From contig OX597827.1 of NCBI GenBank assembly GCA_951406725.2, positions 38,192,001-38,256,000 of the forward strand: a stretch of DNA of 64,000 nucleotides. Reading direction: 5' to 3'. How positions within the stretch are numbered: the first letter of the stretch is position 1; every line of letters begins with the position of its first letter. This document shows, one piece after another, positions 1 through 12,641 of this stretch. This DNA is from Octopus vulgaris (taxonomy: Eukaryota). Both the position numbers and the translations under genes were made by a program. The notes beneath the pieces were generated by a model, which ran no database searches, was not told the DNA's origin, and saw only the letters and a program-made list of their open reading frames with translations.

Positions 1-150
1 TCAGTTGTTGACTACCATGACACTGTATCTTTTAAGGCCCTCATGCTTTCCGAAATCCGCCGAAACTACACCTGATTATATATACACTTTAGATGAGTTG
101 TAGTGCACCTGAGCACTGTACACAATTATTATTATTATTATTATTATTAT
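1..150 (+). mobile_element. 3' end of CR1/L2-like LINE with (TTA)n tail
   Basis: Near-identical to 6100-6250, which follows a LINE C-terminal peptide; ends in (TTA)n. Confidence 0.7.
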
Positions 151-429
151 ATACAACCAAACCTACACACATTCTTTTTTTCTGCATTAGCCTGTGTGGA
201 TTTTTTTACGATGTTTAGCTAATACTCCTTCCTTGTGTTAAGTCTCAAGTAGTAGCAAACGCTTACTTACTCTTAATTTATGTTAACATTAATTAATGTT
301 ATTGTTGAACATTCCCTAAAAACTTCGATATCTAACAATCACAGCAATAAAAAAATATTTCAAGGGAGGCAATGGATAAATTCGATTTTTCGCAACTTAT
401 TCCCCCTTAATATCACCACCATATTTCGG

Positions 430-600
430 GGGAATCGATTACATCAATCCTAGTGTTCTACTGGTACTTATTTCACGATCTGAAAAGGATGAAGGGCAAA
501 GTCGACTTCGGCGGAATTTGAACTCAGAACGTAGAGGCGGACGAAATGCTGCCAAGCATCTTATCTAGTGTGCTAACGGGTCTGCCAGCTCGTCGCCCAA
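430..600 (-). mobile_element. tRNA-derived SINE with Nin/Deu-like central domain
   Basis: Reverse complement reads gagctggcaga...ttctgagttcaaattccgccgaagtcgactttgcccttcatcctttt...aaataagtaccag; same family as 3000-3790 and 20740-20935. Confidence 0.7.
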
Positions 601-654
601 TATAGCCAATATATCGAAAATTTATTAATTAAATGTAAAAGAAATGTTACTTAC

Positions 655-800
655 TTAATTTTCCCGTTTCCTTTTCTTTCCCGAAAGGTCTGTTGTAGTA
701 CTGGTAGATAATATATCCACAACATTTTCCTTGGAAGCCTGAGATTTATTTTGGAGCAATAGGGTATAAAGGTGGGGAAAATGGTCTCTTTCTGGCATAT
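655..800 (-). CDS. Last coding exon of unknown Gln-rich protein (DMPERDHFPH...KKRKREN*)
   Basis: Acceptor ctttccatttag|AT at 801/800; phase 1 joins the upstream exon in frame; TAA at 657-655 is followed directly by GTAAGT; basic C-terminal KKRKR. Confidence 0.65.
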
Positions 801-952
801 CTAAATGGAAAGCGAGATTGAAATATGTTGAGAAAAAATTGTACAAAAATGAACGGTGTTTCATTTGGGAAACCAAGCGAAGGAAGTTAAACTAAAAGTG
901 AGATAGTAGAAATCTGACGTGAAGCAAACTCACAGGGAAAGAATAGGGCAGA

Positions 953-986
<34 letters not shown>

Positions 987-1381
987 GTGATAGAGGGATG
1001 TTAACATAAATTATAGCGACACAAGCACCGTCGGCTGGTAGACAAGAGACTTGAAGAGTTTAGAAAGTGACAGAAAAATAACAAAGCCAACAGAAAACAG
1101 TAGATTTCCATGTTTTCAGATTTTATGAGTGAATCACTTTGACAATGAGAAAGACAAATACAAAGATAATCGGGGGATATTAAAGAAAGAGGAGGAGAGG
1201 AAAACAGAAAATGCATATAAATAATGAAGAATGTGAATGAACGAAAGAAAGAAGGGAAATAGAAAAAGGGAGAAATAAAGAAAAGAAGGAATGTAATGAA
1301 AGGAAGAGAAAACGGAAGGCAGAATAAAAATAGAAATAATTAAAAAGGAAAAGTAAAAAAACTTGAAAACGTTTAACTTAC

Positions 1382-2941
1382 CATTGGGTTTGGAATGGAA
1401 GGAGTTGAGAATACAATAAGGGTACAGTTTATTGAATTCCCTGTCATCAGGTGACATGTGTAACTTTGTAGGGTGTTTAGAGAAATTCTTAAAGACTTCT
1501 GGAGTATCAAGTCCATTAAGTTGTACAGATGTTAGCTTTGTCTTAGTGTTGTCTTCATTTCTTAGATTGGATGACACGGCTATATTACTGAGTTCTGAGT
1601 TGTTAGTTCTTTCGACATACATTGCACTGTGATGAGATGATGATGATGATGGTACAGCTAGCAGAGGAGATTCTTTGTCACTTCGGTTACACGTTTCTGA
1701 CAACGGCAATGGAAGTTCACTGTCCAGTGACTTCCTTTGCAAATAATACTTGGCATTACCTCGACTATATGCTTGCGGCAACGCAGATGACGGTTCAGTG
1801 TTCTTAGACTTCCTTTGCCTGTGCTGCTTGACATTGACCACAGTTTGCATGTCTCTGCTGTTACCATATTTCTCTTTGCTTGAGTTGTCTTCAACTGCAC
1901 AGCTACCAGTCCATGATTGTATCGATGTTTCGGTTTGTTGTTGTTGCTGCTGCTGTTTGAACGGCACATATTGCCTTTTCTCTTTATCTTGTTGATACTG
2001 TTGCTGATGTTCGCACGGGTATTGATGTTGGTATTGTTCTTGTCGACATCGCATCGGATGTTGCTTTTGCTGTTCGGATATATTTTGTTGTTGTCTGTAT
2101 GTACTTTGTTGCTGTTGCTGCTGCTTTAAACGATTTTGTAGTTCTAACACTTTCATTGCCATCTGATATACCCGTTGTTTTCGCTGCACCTCTTGTATTT
2201 TTTTATTACTCCAAGTTTCTTTTGACTGGTAGTGTTGTGATTGCTTTGATTCCAATCTACGTTCATATTGCTCCTGTATTTGTAGTTCTTGTGTCTGTTG
2301 TAGTCGCTGTCGACATTCTGGTTCTTGGGACTGTTGCTGCTGTTGATATATTTGCTGTGGTTGTTTGGACTGTTGCTGTTGCTGTTGTTGATGTATTTGC
2401 TGTGGTTCTTGTTGTTGTATTTGTTGATGAGGTTGGTGCCGTTGTTGCTCTGGATGGTATTCTTGCTGTTGATGTGGTTGTTCTAACTGTTGTGGTTGAT
2501 ACTGTTGCTGAGGAGGGTGAATTTGTTCATATGATTGGTACTGTCGCTGCTGTTGTTGTTGCAACTGTTTATGAGATTGTTTATGCAATTGCTGTGGTGA
2601 CTGTTGGTGTAAATTTTGCAGTTGTGTACCACAGACTCTTGAATATTTTCTCTCTCCCTTCTTCTTCCCGTTACGACCCACTGCTACTGTTGGTGGTGAA
2701 GCAACAGTTAAAACTGCCGCAACAGATTTGTCTTCCAAGTTGGCTGTTTGGCTCATATTTGCTGACTCAGTTTGCACAACCTTGCTTACTTGAGATTCAA
2801 ACCCTAGGTTTGATTTAGTTGTTGAACACAGATAGGAACCCTGAGAATATTTGTAGATCACAGCTTTGCATCTTGCCTCGTGCACTAAAAGTAACTGAGT
2901 TAGTTCAGCTGGCGACGAATTCATCAAAGGCTTTATAAGAC
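1382..2941 (-). CDS. Large 1560-bp internal exon of unknown Gln-rich, low-complexity protein
   Basis: Acceptor ttgttattcag|G at 2942/2941 and donor G|GTAAGT at 1382/1381; 520 open codons, phase 1-1; poly-Q/QH/QY tracts. Confidence 0.75.
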
Positions 2942-2999
2942 CTGAATAACAACATCAACAAATAATACTGATAATTGTTTTTATGAAAATGTATAACGG

Positions 3000-3790
3000 T
3001 ACAAATTTAGAGAAGGGGATTAGTTAATCAAATCAACACCAGGAGAGTTGGCACTCATCGAGATTTGAAAACAGAACAAATACTGCTGGACATTTTCCCA
3101 ACATTCTACTATTTTCACCAATTCACTGCCTTAATATTACAACTAATTGTAGTTTCTATTTTGGGCTCAAGGCCAGCAATTTTGAGAGGTGTTAGTCGAT
3201 GCCACTGACTCCATTACTTTACAGGTACTTTATTGACCTTGAGATAAATGAGAGGCAAACTTGACAGTGGTGGGATTTGAAATCAGATCGCAGAGAACTG
3301 GAATAAATACACCATAGGTTTTTTTCTGAATCACACGATTCTAACAAATTATAATTTTAATTTTGGCACGAAGTCAGCAATTTTTGAGGGGAGCGTCAAG
3401 TAGATTTCATAGATTCCAGTACTTGACCGGCACTTTATTTTATCGACACTCAAAGAATGAAAGGCGGGATTTGAGCTTAGAGACTTTAGAGCCAGGAGAA
3501 ATGCCATTCTGAATTTTATCTGATGTGCTAACGACTCTGTCTGCTCACCGCCTTTAATAATCATTATCTATTACAGGCAAAAGGCCTGAAATTTTGGAGG
3601 AGGAGGCTAGTCGATTACGTCGACCCCAGTGTTTCACTAGTACTTGTTTCATCAACCTCGAAAGGATGAAAGGCAAAGCTAACCTCGGCTGAATTTGAAA
3701 TCAGAACGCAAAGACGGAAAAAATGCTTTACAGCATTTTGTCCGGCGGGCTAACGATTCGGCCAGCGTGCCACTTTTAATAATAATAATT
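3000..3790 (-). mobile_element. Four head-to-tail Nin/Deu-like SINE copies
   Basis: Four diverged ~190-220-bp units (about 3000-3130, 3155-3340, 3360-3555, 3575-3780) sharing gatttgaa-tcagaac and aggatgaaaggcaaag motifs, same orientation. Confidence 0.7.
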
Positions 3791-3866
3791 CTAATTAAGA
3801 CACAAGGTTTTTTTTTTTCTTTTTAGGGCGGGGGTAGTCTAAAACAAAAGAAATTTTGCAACTTAC

Positions 3867-4058
3867 TTTCCTGAACTGTTGGACGCGGGACCGAGTTTAT
3901 TGGGTAAACCTTTTCCATAGCCAACACCATATTAAAGATTACGTCTTCGTAAGTTTGAAAATTCTTCTTGATTATCTCGCTTGCATTTAGTATTTGGCGT
4001 TGACTAAAGTTATCTTGCCTAACCTGCTGCTGAGATTGCTTCAGTTTCATATCCATGT
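3867..4058 (-). CDS. Exon of unknown Gln-rich protein (MDMKLKQSQQQVRQ...PTVQE)
   Basis: Acceptor ttaacaatag|AC at 4059/4058 and donor A|GTAAGT at 3867/3866; 192 bp, phase 1-1; splices in frame to the 1382-2941 exon. Confidence 0.7.
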
Positions 4059-4192
4059 CTATTGTTAATTATTGAAAAAAAATTAACATAAAGCAATGCA
4101 CTATAAAATAAATAAAATAAAATAAAGAATCAATACAGAGAAAAACAACTTGTTTTAAATCTCTGAGTGAGAGATATACAGTAACAGTATTG

Positions 4193-4586
4193 GATAGTAA
4201 TGTTTATATGCCAACAGAATGTGGCAGTCCTATAAAGAACGATGTTACTGCCGTTTTAGCCCCAGGAAATATATTTTCCAGTTCGCTATCGACACGCAGT
4301 TTGTGTCCGTATAACATTTGCAAGGGAGGTAGGTCATAGCACCCATCTCTAGCCTTACGTGATACTCACAGAACTAGGTTTATGGATATTACCCGTCCTC
4401 AGTGTGAGACAAACACAAGCTAGTGACGAAAGCTCTTTCTACTTGCAAATACTATAGATTTTTTAAACGACGCACAATCACTGATCTCGTATAGAGCCGG
4501 AAAAGATATTTTCCTGGGGCTAAAACAACAGTAACATCGTCCTTTATAGGACGGCCACATTCTGTTGGCATATAAACATTACTATC
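4193..4586. mobile_element. MITE with ~100-bp terminal inverted repeats
   Basis: gatagtaatgtttatatgccaacagaatgtggc...ttttagccccaggaaa is mirrored at 4490-4586; a diverged arm also occurs near 16900-16985. Confidence 0.8.
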
Positions 4587-4598
4587 TGATGAATCAAT

Positions 4599-4989
4599 GG
4601 ATCTTTTCGGTTTGAACGGCAGTTTTTTCTAGTGGTGTCATATGAAATTGTCACCCATAATTATGACCCTAGTATCGATCTTTTCCATTTCAATCTATTT
4701 TAGGGTTAGGGTATCTTTTTTTCTTCAGAAATGTAAATAAACCCAATCTGTTTCTTAAACGAGGGACATATTCATACGGCACAGAATGTTTTTTACTTCA
4801 ATAGACGTCAGTGATTGGTTGAAATTGAAGAAAAAAAAAACAACAAATATCTTACAAACTATAGAATTTTCTCAATAAAGCCAAGAGAAAAAGATGTTTT
4901 ATAAACACATTCTACCAGTATACGAAGTTTAAAATTTTTTAGTTACCTAGAAATTATGTTAAAAATTGCCGTCCAAACCGAAAAGATCC
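4599..4989. mobile_element. MITE with GGATCTTTTCGGTTTGAACGGCAG TIRs and internal TTAGGG units
   Basis: ~29-bp TIRs; flanks aatcaat/gatcaat (7-bp TSD with 1 mismatch); further copies at 7886-8160, 8787-8995 and 17779-18585. Confidence 0.85.
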
Positions 4990-5663
4990 GATCAATATAT
5001 ACTCTAGAAGTCTGATGGTAGTAGAGACGTTCATAACACAAGGGACTAATTCACATACTGCATCCAGTACAAGATTGAAATAGCGTATTAAAAAGTTCCA
5101 TGAGGTAAATTATATAGTCCTTTTGTGGAAAAACATTATGAAGTGCGATGGCTATATGTGATATCATTGTCAATTGACAAGATTGTAGCGTACTTTGTGT
5201 TTAGTGTAAACAGTTTGAATCATGAAGTTTTCAACATTCACGCTATTTTGAAAGAAAACATGTGTATCCCACCTAACCAAATTTGGTGTTAGAATATGTT
5301 ATTCAAAAAGCAAAAATAGGCAGAATGAAAAACATCTTCGAAACGAACCATAAATTAGCAAAATACAGAATGTAATCAATTTCAAGAATGACATAGAAAT
5401 TGTAAAGATCATGACTGAAATGTACACAAAACACAAAACTAGTTGACAGTTTTCCAATTATATACAGAATTCCTCAAAATAATGGTAATAACAACAATGG
5501 ACCCTTTAATAATAGCAAAATATAAACTACCCTACAGAAAATTCATCACAAAATCTACCAGAACTATGACGTTATATAATATTGAAATCTAGTATTGATG
5601 ATTTCACATGCTCCTCTATAACATACCGTAAATCGCAAAAACACAACATGATAATTATCGCTG

Positions 5664-5711
5664 TTTCATTCTGATGATGAGACAATGAAGATCTTAAAAC
5701 GTTAACTGAAA
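5664..5711 (+). ncRNA. Decayed minimal hammerhead-like motif, probably from an old Penelope-like relic
   Basis: tttcatt CTGATGA tgaga...tctt aAAA CG TT aactgaaa; G12 is lost, while stems I/II and palindromic stem III remain recognisable. Confidence 0.4.
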
Positions 5712-5904
5712 ATGCATAGAGGAACACTAATTAATGGTACACAGTGTCGAATTAGGGCATTTCACTTGCAGGAATAGTGCACCCAACAAACTTCCACAGT
5801 TTTTGTCTACTCAGTTTGATCCAGGTTCGAGCTGATAGAGTCTATGCTAGATGACAATTGTCAAAATGTTACAGAATGTATTCGAACCTGTGATAACTAT
5901 ATTT

Positions 5905-6250
5905 CCCTGGGCATGGATTCACTGAAGCTCCGGCGTCTGGCGACGGACTTGGTAAACACCCACAAAGTTATCAACCACCTCACCAACAACAACACTGAAC
6001 ACCTTTTTGATCTCCATGTGTCTAACACACGTGGACATGCCTACAAAGTCAGAAAACAACACAGCTCCCATGACTTTCGGAAACATTTTTTCACGCTCAG
6101 AGTTGCTGACTGCCATGACACTGCATCCTTTAAGGCCCTCATGCTTTCCGAAATCCGCCGAAACTACACCTGATTATATATACACTTTAGATGAGTTGTA
6201 GTGCACCTGAGCACTGTACACAATTATTATTATTATTATTATTATTATAT
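5905..6250 (+). mobile_element. 5'-truncated CR1/L2-like LINE 3' fragment
   Basis: Encodes LGMDSLKLRRLATDLVNTHK...TRGHAYKV...RKHFFTLRV, a typical CR1/L2 ORF2 C-terminus; (TTA)n tail. Confidence 0.8.
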
Positions 6251-7394
6251 CTGGTCGGACATATATGTGTGCGTGTAAAAACTAAAAGCACGCATATTAT
6301 ATATAGTTGCATACACACACACTATCACATTATTATAAATTTGTTTGAGCGTGCAAGGATACATGGAGGCCTGGTACTTAGGCTATTGGGAAAGGTATAC
6401 CGTTTTATGTTGTTCCAGTCTATTAAAAAGAAATGCGTAGTAATTGAGTGCTGTGTAACCAAACAGATTTTATTCACCGACAGGTACAGCAAATTATTCT
6501 AGATATTTAAGAATTATACTTTTATACTGTATCATATAACATCGGAAGTTTCAGTTTGAAGAAATATCTAAGTAAACATGAGATTTAATAAGGAAAAAAC
6601 ATAAGTTACGAGTGGGTAGATATATTTGCTTGCGAAGGGCAGCAAATCAACGGGTTTGAAGCGTGTGTTACACCCCTTGGACAGCGTGTGTCCCTAGATC
6701 CTTCACCAAGCTACTTAGTCATGTTTCAGACATCATACATACCAACAAAATGATTTTAACCATTTAAAGCATCTCCCTAATAAACATTTAAAAAAAAAAC
6801 TCAATAATTATTGTTATAGTCAACTTGTGTCGAAAATTCTGGGACCGTGCATCGCTTGTCAGCGTAACATGGAATTTACATACATACATACATACATACA
6901 AGTGTGGCCCCGCCACCGATTTTATTTTCTCATAACTTCCAGAAATATGAATATTCTATAAATGAAACTTTCTAGAAATACGCTTCGGATTGTGTAGATG
7001 TCAATTATATAAGAATTTGTTGTGAAAAACTTTTTCCGAGGGTGAGGTTAGGAGTTTCGGAAAATTCACACGAGACAGCTTTCTTTATTCATAACTTTCA
7101 AATAAAATAAAATAAAATAAAAATGGGTAATTTTTTAATGAAATTTTCTACAAATACCTTTCAGAATATTTTTAGGAAATTAAGATTATATCGGAATTTA
7201 ATGTGAAAAAAATAAAGGTGGGGGGGAATTTGGTGGGCTCGTACATATATACGCGTCACATATCTAAAAAACGAAACTTGAAATTTCGAAAAAAAAATTG
7301 TGATGTGTGTCAGTGTGTACGAGTCCAACAATTTTCTTTTTCATATTAAATTCTGATATAATCGTAAGCTATACAAGCTGAAAGGTATTTGCAG

Positions 7395-7800
7395 AAGCAC
7401 AAGAGTGGCTGGGCTGCGTGGTGAGAAGCTTGATTCCCAACCACATGGTTCCGGGTTCTGTCTCACTGCGTGGCACATTGGGCAAGTATCTTCTACTATA
7501 GCCTCGGGCTGGCCAAAGCCTTGTCAGTGGATTTGGTAGACGGAAACTGAAAGAAGCCCGTCGTATATATGTGTGTGTGTGTGTCTTTATATCTATGTTT
7601 GTCCCACAAGCATCACTTGACAACCGATGCTGGTGTGTTTACGTCCCCGTAACCTAGCGGTTCGGCAAAAGAAACCGATAGAATAAGTACTAAGCTTACA
7701 AAGAATAAGTCATGGGGTCGATTTCTTCAACTAAAAATCCCTTTAACGTGGTGCACCAGCATGGCCGTGTCAAATGACGGAAACAAAAGAAGAAAAGAAT
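7395..7800 (+). mobile_element. tRNA-headed SINE, major ~400-bp family
   Basis: A/B-box-like head, core ggcaagtgtcttctactatagcctcggg...gtggatttggtagacggaaactgaaagaagcc, (TG)n, tail gtcaaatgac-gaaac. Confidence 0.85.
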
Positions 7801-7885
7801 TTTTTTAAAGGTATGAGGAAACAAAGCTGAGTCGTGTGAATTTTCCGAAACTCCTCATTCCCACCTTGGGAAAAAAAGTATAATA

Positions 7886-8160
7886 GATCTTTTCGGTTTG
7901 AACGGCAGTTTTTTCTAGCGGTGTCATATGAAATTGTCACCCATAATTATGACCCTAGTATCAATCTATTGCATTTCAATCTGGGTTAGGGGGAAGGGTA
8001 TCTTTTTTCTTCAGAAATGTAAATAAACCCAATCTGTTTCTTAAATGAGGGACATATTCATACGACACAATGTTTTCACCTCAATAGACGTCAGCGATTG
8101 GTTGAAATTGCAGAAATTAAAGAAAAAAAACAACAAATATCTTACAAACAATAGAATTTT
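7886..8160 (+). mobile_element. Partial copy of TTAGGG-containing MITE
   Basis: High identity to 4600-4870; right TIR missing. Confidence 0.8.
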
Positions 8161-8271
8161 TAGAATTTGTTGAAAAGTTCATAGAAAAGTATCAATATTT
8201 CAGGAAGTTATGAGGAAACAAAGTCGTGAATGGGGGTGGGGTGAGGACTTACTTGTGTAGGCATGCGTATA

Positions 8272-8645
8272 CAGGAGGAGTGGCTGTATGGTAAGTAGCT
8301 TGTTTACCAACCACATGGTTCCGGGTTCAGTCCCACTGCGTGGCACCTTGGGCAAGTGTCTTCTACTATAGCCTCGGGCCGACCAAAGCCTTGTGAGTGG
8401 ATTTGGTAGGCGGAAACTGAAAGAAGCCTGTCGTATATATGTATATGTGTGTGTGTGTGTGTCTGTGTTTGTCTCCCTAGCATTGCTTGACAACCGATGC
8501 TGGTGTGTTTATGTCCCCGTTCCTAAGCTATTCGGCAAAAGAGACCGATAGAATAAGTCCCGGGGTCGAGTTGCTCGATTAAAGACGGTGCTCCAGCATG
8601 GCCGCAGTCAAATGACTGAAACAAGTAAAAGAGTAAAGAGTAATG
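8272..8645 (+). mobile_element. tRNA-headed SINE, major family
   Basis: Same head, core and tail as 7395-7800; ends gtaaaagagtaaagag. Confidence 0.85.
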
Positions 8646-9087
8646 TACTCCTGAAAATCTGCCCGTGATGCGAAACTGTAATGCGAAATTAATTTCCCTG
8701 TTGATTCTTATATTATCAAGTGAGAATTACAACGGAGGAAGGCGTTGTGATTTAACCCTAGGTCAGTCTTCATAGAATGCATATTGTGGATCTTTTCCCT
8801 TTCAACGGCAGATTGAGAAATTAATTTTTTGTAACTAAACACTTTCAAACTTCGGACACTGGTAGACTGTGTCATATAAAACATCTTTTACTCTTATGGT
8901 TGTTGAGAAAAGTTTATATTTTCAAAGTTATTTCGTGTTAAAATTGTCGTATTTCGGTAATTTCAACCAATCAATTGAATTAAAGAGAATTTTCTCCTAG
9001 GATATGCTACAGGATCTCTCAGCCTGCTTCGATGTCTCAAGAAAATGACACATTGAGACAGACGTCAGTGGAGGTGAGGTGGGGTGG

Positions 9088-9272
9088 GCTAATGCAGTTT
9101 CGCAACTTTCCTTGAAAAATGCATTTTTTTGAAAATATTTTTTTCGCATTCCTACGTTTTCGATATTTTCGAGATTACAAATATACAAAAAAAAAAATTC
9201 AATTTCTACCCCCCCCCCCCCCAAATATTTTCAAACAAATGCATTTTTCAAGAAGTGCGAAACTGCATTAGC
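9088..9272. repeat. Inverted repeat with ~50-bp arms (MITE-like)
   Basis: gctaatgcagtttcgca...aaaatattt mirrored by aaatattttc...tgcgaaactgcattagc. Confidence 0.75.
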
Positions 9273-9424
9273 ACCAGTCAGGGATAGGTCGCCCACATAA
9301 GTTGGATTTTCTCCGTCTTGATGAGGTTTTTTCTGATATTTTTTCGCTGTGCCTTTGGAAATGATAGGGGATGATCTATTTAGCAAAACAATTATCGTGA
9401 AATGATTATTTTTTCTTCCTTAGC

Positions 9425-9690
9425 TTTTTCCATAGCGAAACCATATTCAACGCCGTATTTATGAATTTGTTTCTCACACCATAATACATGGAATTTTCAA
9501 AAACCTTTTTCTATTACTCAAACGAAAAATAAATGAAGCTAAAACAATTTTTTTCAAACTTATTCCATTGCACTTTTTCTATTTCTATTACTCGTTTGAG
9601 TAACAGAAAAAGGTTTTTAAAAATTCCATGTATCATGGTGAGAGAAACAAATTCATAAACACGGCGTTGAGTATAGTTTCACTATGGAAA
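9425..9690. repeat. Foldback/palindromic MITE with ~100-bp arms
   Basis: 9425-9525 is the reverse complement of 9591-9690 with few mismatches. Confidence 0.8.
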
Positions 9691-9908
9691 AAAAATTAAG
9701 GGTGATTTAGCTGTTGTTTTTAGCACACCTCACGACCATCTAATACCTTCCTTGGTTCTGCCCACATTGAATCATATAATTTACTGCATCAAAAAAATAA
9801 CAGGTTGATCACAGCTAGAACAGTTATGATCATAGGGTTGAGAAGTGGAGTAAAAAAAAATAAAAACAAGGACACTTGAGAGAAGAAAAAGACATCAAAT
9901 ACACATAC

Positions 9909-10070
9909 ACAAAAAGATCATCTGAAGCCACCATCTAGCATTACAAGAGAATGCACCTGACCTAATCAGCACTGTCATAGAGCCATGAGGTAGATTTACA
10001 TAAGTTAGCTTCATTCCATTTTGATTAAGCATCGACGTTTCTCCTTCGCGAATTAATTCCTTTTCATATT
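9909..10070 (-). CDS. Candidate upstream exon of the Gln-rich gene (EYEKELIREGE...WWLQMIFL)
   Basis: Acceptor tttcaatgatag|AA and donor T|GTATGT; 162 bp, phase 1-1; joins the 3867-4058 exon in frame; non-repetitive sequence. Confidence 0.45.
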
Positions 10071-12641
10071 CTATCATTGAAATGGCCACGTTCTCATTTA
10101 ATATATATAAACAATTTAAACGAATAAAGCATATTGTACATTACTGAACATTATACAAATTCATATTTTAATATTTTCTAAAGCAACAGTTCGTTAGGTG
10201 AAACTATTTCATGTAAATAATATACAATATGGCCGAGCGTTGACAATGTAAACCTACTGGCGTAGTTTGAGGCATAGAATGTGTAGGTAAAATAGCGAGG
10301 CAAGTTGTGGTGGTTTCGCTATGATTCGATAGATATAGGGCCAAATGCGTCCAAGCCATGATCAACTTCATTTGGTTCTACGTTATCGATTCCTTTACTA
10401 AGAAAATAATGTGTTGAGCAACCACACAGACGGTTGTTTAAAATGTATATTAAATCGCCAAACTTACCGTTACCGTGTAATGACAGATAATCACTAGCCT
10501 TGGGTATAGACAGTTCCAAAATGAAATGAATTTGGTAAACAGAAAGCTGAACGTTTTCTTAAGTTGTCAAATTCTCACTGCATAATCATCAGTAGTAGGA
10601 TTCACCACAGGTCATTGGCAGCAGTCACAAACTAATGAATTCAGTCACTGACCAATGACAGTCAACAGGAAAAAGAAGCTATGATCATCGCCTTCAGAAA
10701 GACATCTGTTCTTGATGACCATGACTCATTGACCAAACAATGAAATCTAAATGCCATACCTTGCTACCCAACCACATAGTTCCGGGTTCTGCCCCCCTGC
10801 GCACTGCGTAGTCTTTTATTATAGTCTCCAGGTCGATCAAAGTCCAGTGAGTGGATTTGGTAGATGAAAACTGAAAGGAGCCCATCGTATATATATTTTT
10901 ACGGTGTCTTTCTATTTGTGGTTGTCTTCCTACCCTACCCCTCTTGACAACTGGTGTTGGTTTGCTTATTTAGTGGTTTGGCATAAGGGACGATAGAATA
11001 AGTACCAGGCTTTAAAAATTAATGCTGGGGTCGATGCGTTCGTCTAAGTAAAATAAAATATTTTTAAAAAATGCGGCACCCCAGCATGTCCGCAGTCCAG
11101 TGGCTGAAACAATATATGAAGGTATACGCTGTAATAGCACGTTGCAGCATCCACCATTTGCTGGTGCTTCACTACTCTTAGTGAATGAAACCTTTGCACC
11201 ATTCAGCCAACAACCCTCCAACCCATGGATCTGTTTGGGTAATTGTTGCTGGTGGGGGTTTTACGAGATCGGAGTGCAAATACTACCTCAACCTCTTTTA
11301 GTTACCTTTTACGACACGCAGAGAAAATGTTGGTTCTATTCTTTGACATGCCGGTCTCCACACAATACTGAAACAAATAAAAGATAAACCTAGGGTATTT
11401 TATAGGAAAAAAACAATCGACTGCAGAACTTCACTATATTTTATTTCATCAGCATCCTCGCCACAAAAGTGAATGGGTGGGGGGAAGAAAAAATAGACGC
11501 CGGTAGGATTTGAACTCAGAACATAAAATGTGCGTAACTGAATACTGCAATCTATTTTGATCATTAAGAACAGATACATTTCTGAAGGCTACGATCACAA
11601 TTTCAAATGGTGTTGGCTGTCATTTATCAGTGAGTAAATTCATTGATTTATGATTGCATTCAATAGTCTGTGGCTGCAGTCTCATAACTGACAGATAAAC
11701 ACGGTAGGACTTGGACAACTTCAGAAAATGATTAGCGCATCTTGGATTTTGCGAGTCCACTGAATGCAGCGAAGGTGATCCTTATCTTCTGACTATTCCA
11801 TATTTCGTATTATTTATGTATCATATATGCAGTTTCTTTGCTTCTTTTCCTCCTCCTCACACACATACGAATGAGTGGACAAACGAAAGAAAAGGGTACT
11901 CAAGACAGTAGGAGTTACATGTATTATTCAAACTGTTATACACACACACACACACCAAAGAAGCGACATGTCTGTTAGTATAAGCATATATGCGCACAGA
12001 GTGATGTTCGAAATTTGTTCGATTGGACGGTAGTTGGCAGTGGCATGATAGAACTGGTTGATTCTAGAAATTGAACAGACCTGTGACCAAAAATGTTTTA
12101 GTTGGGATTATTCTGTCTCATTGTATATCTAGAATGCATTGACCAATGTGTCTCTTTTATAAAGACAGTACCTCTTAAGTTAGCTGTGAGGAGAAATGAA
12201 CAACGTTTGAGACATGTTTCACTTCTTTTCAACGATAAGCCATCATTAACGTTATCGTACATTCCTTCACTCGAAACAGTGAAGGAGTTTCTACATAATT
12301 GCTTTTCTTCCAAGAAACAGTAGCTAAATTTCCCTCGAATTGTACCCTTCCGTCTTAAAAATAGATTTGTTTGAATAATGTAGTTCTTAGTTCCTTGTAC
12401 ACGGAAAAAAAAAGCCGGAATAGTTACAACTGAAGTATTGTTGATCATTATTCTGTCTGATCAGGGCCTACCTGGGGTTAAACATCTCATTGGAACAAGC
12501 AAGGATACCTCTACGTGGTCGCCCAACCTGCTCGTATTCGTAGCCAAATCAGTCAAATTGGATCAAGTGATTCATTAACGGTCATATTTTGAATGTCCGT
12601 AATCGTATATTTGTCCGATTAGGGATCACAAACATGTAAAC

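Larger units (their letters stand above)
6900..8245. mobile_element. Foldback element interrupted by a SINE and a MITE
   Basis: 7030-7100 is the reverse complement of 7808-7870, and 6905-6975 of 8170-8235. Confidence 0.6.

Noticed and set aside
1134-1381. Hydrophobic F/L/S-rich C-terminus of the 597-aa ORF as a transmembrane region
   Set aside because: It lies beyond a consensus donor (G|GTAAGT at 1382/1381) and is pyrimidine-rich intron sequence.
2099-2818. 239-aa Val/Ala-rich + strand ORF
   Set aside because: Antisense shadow of the CAG/CAA-rich exon.
7395-7475. tRNA genes at SINE heads (many loci)
   Set aside because: A/B-box-like motifs without a complete cloverleaf, always followed by a SINE body.
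10468-10550. Possible further upstream exon of the Gln-rich gene ending at G|GTAAGT (phase compatible)
   Set aside because: No in-frame ATG or clear acceptor, so too uncertain to annotate.
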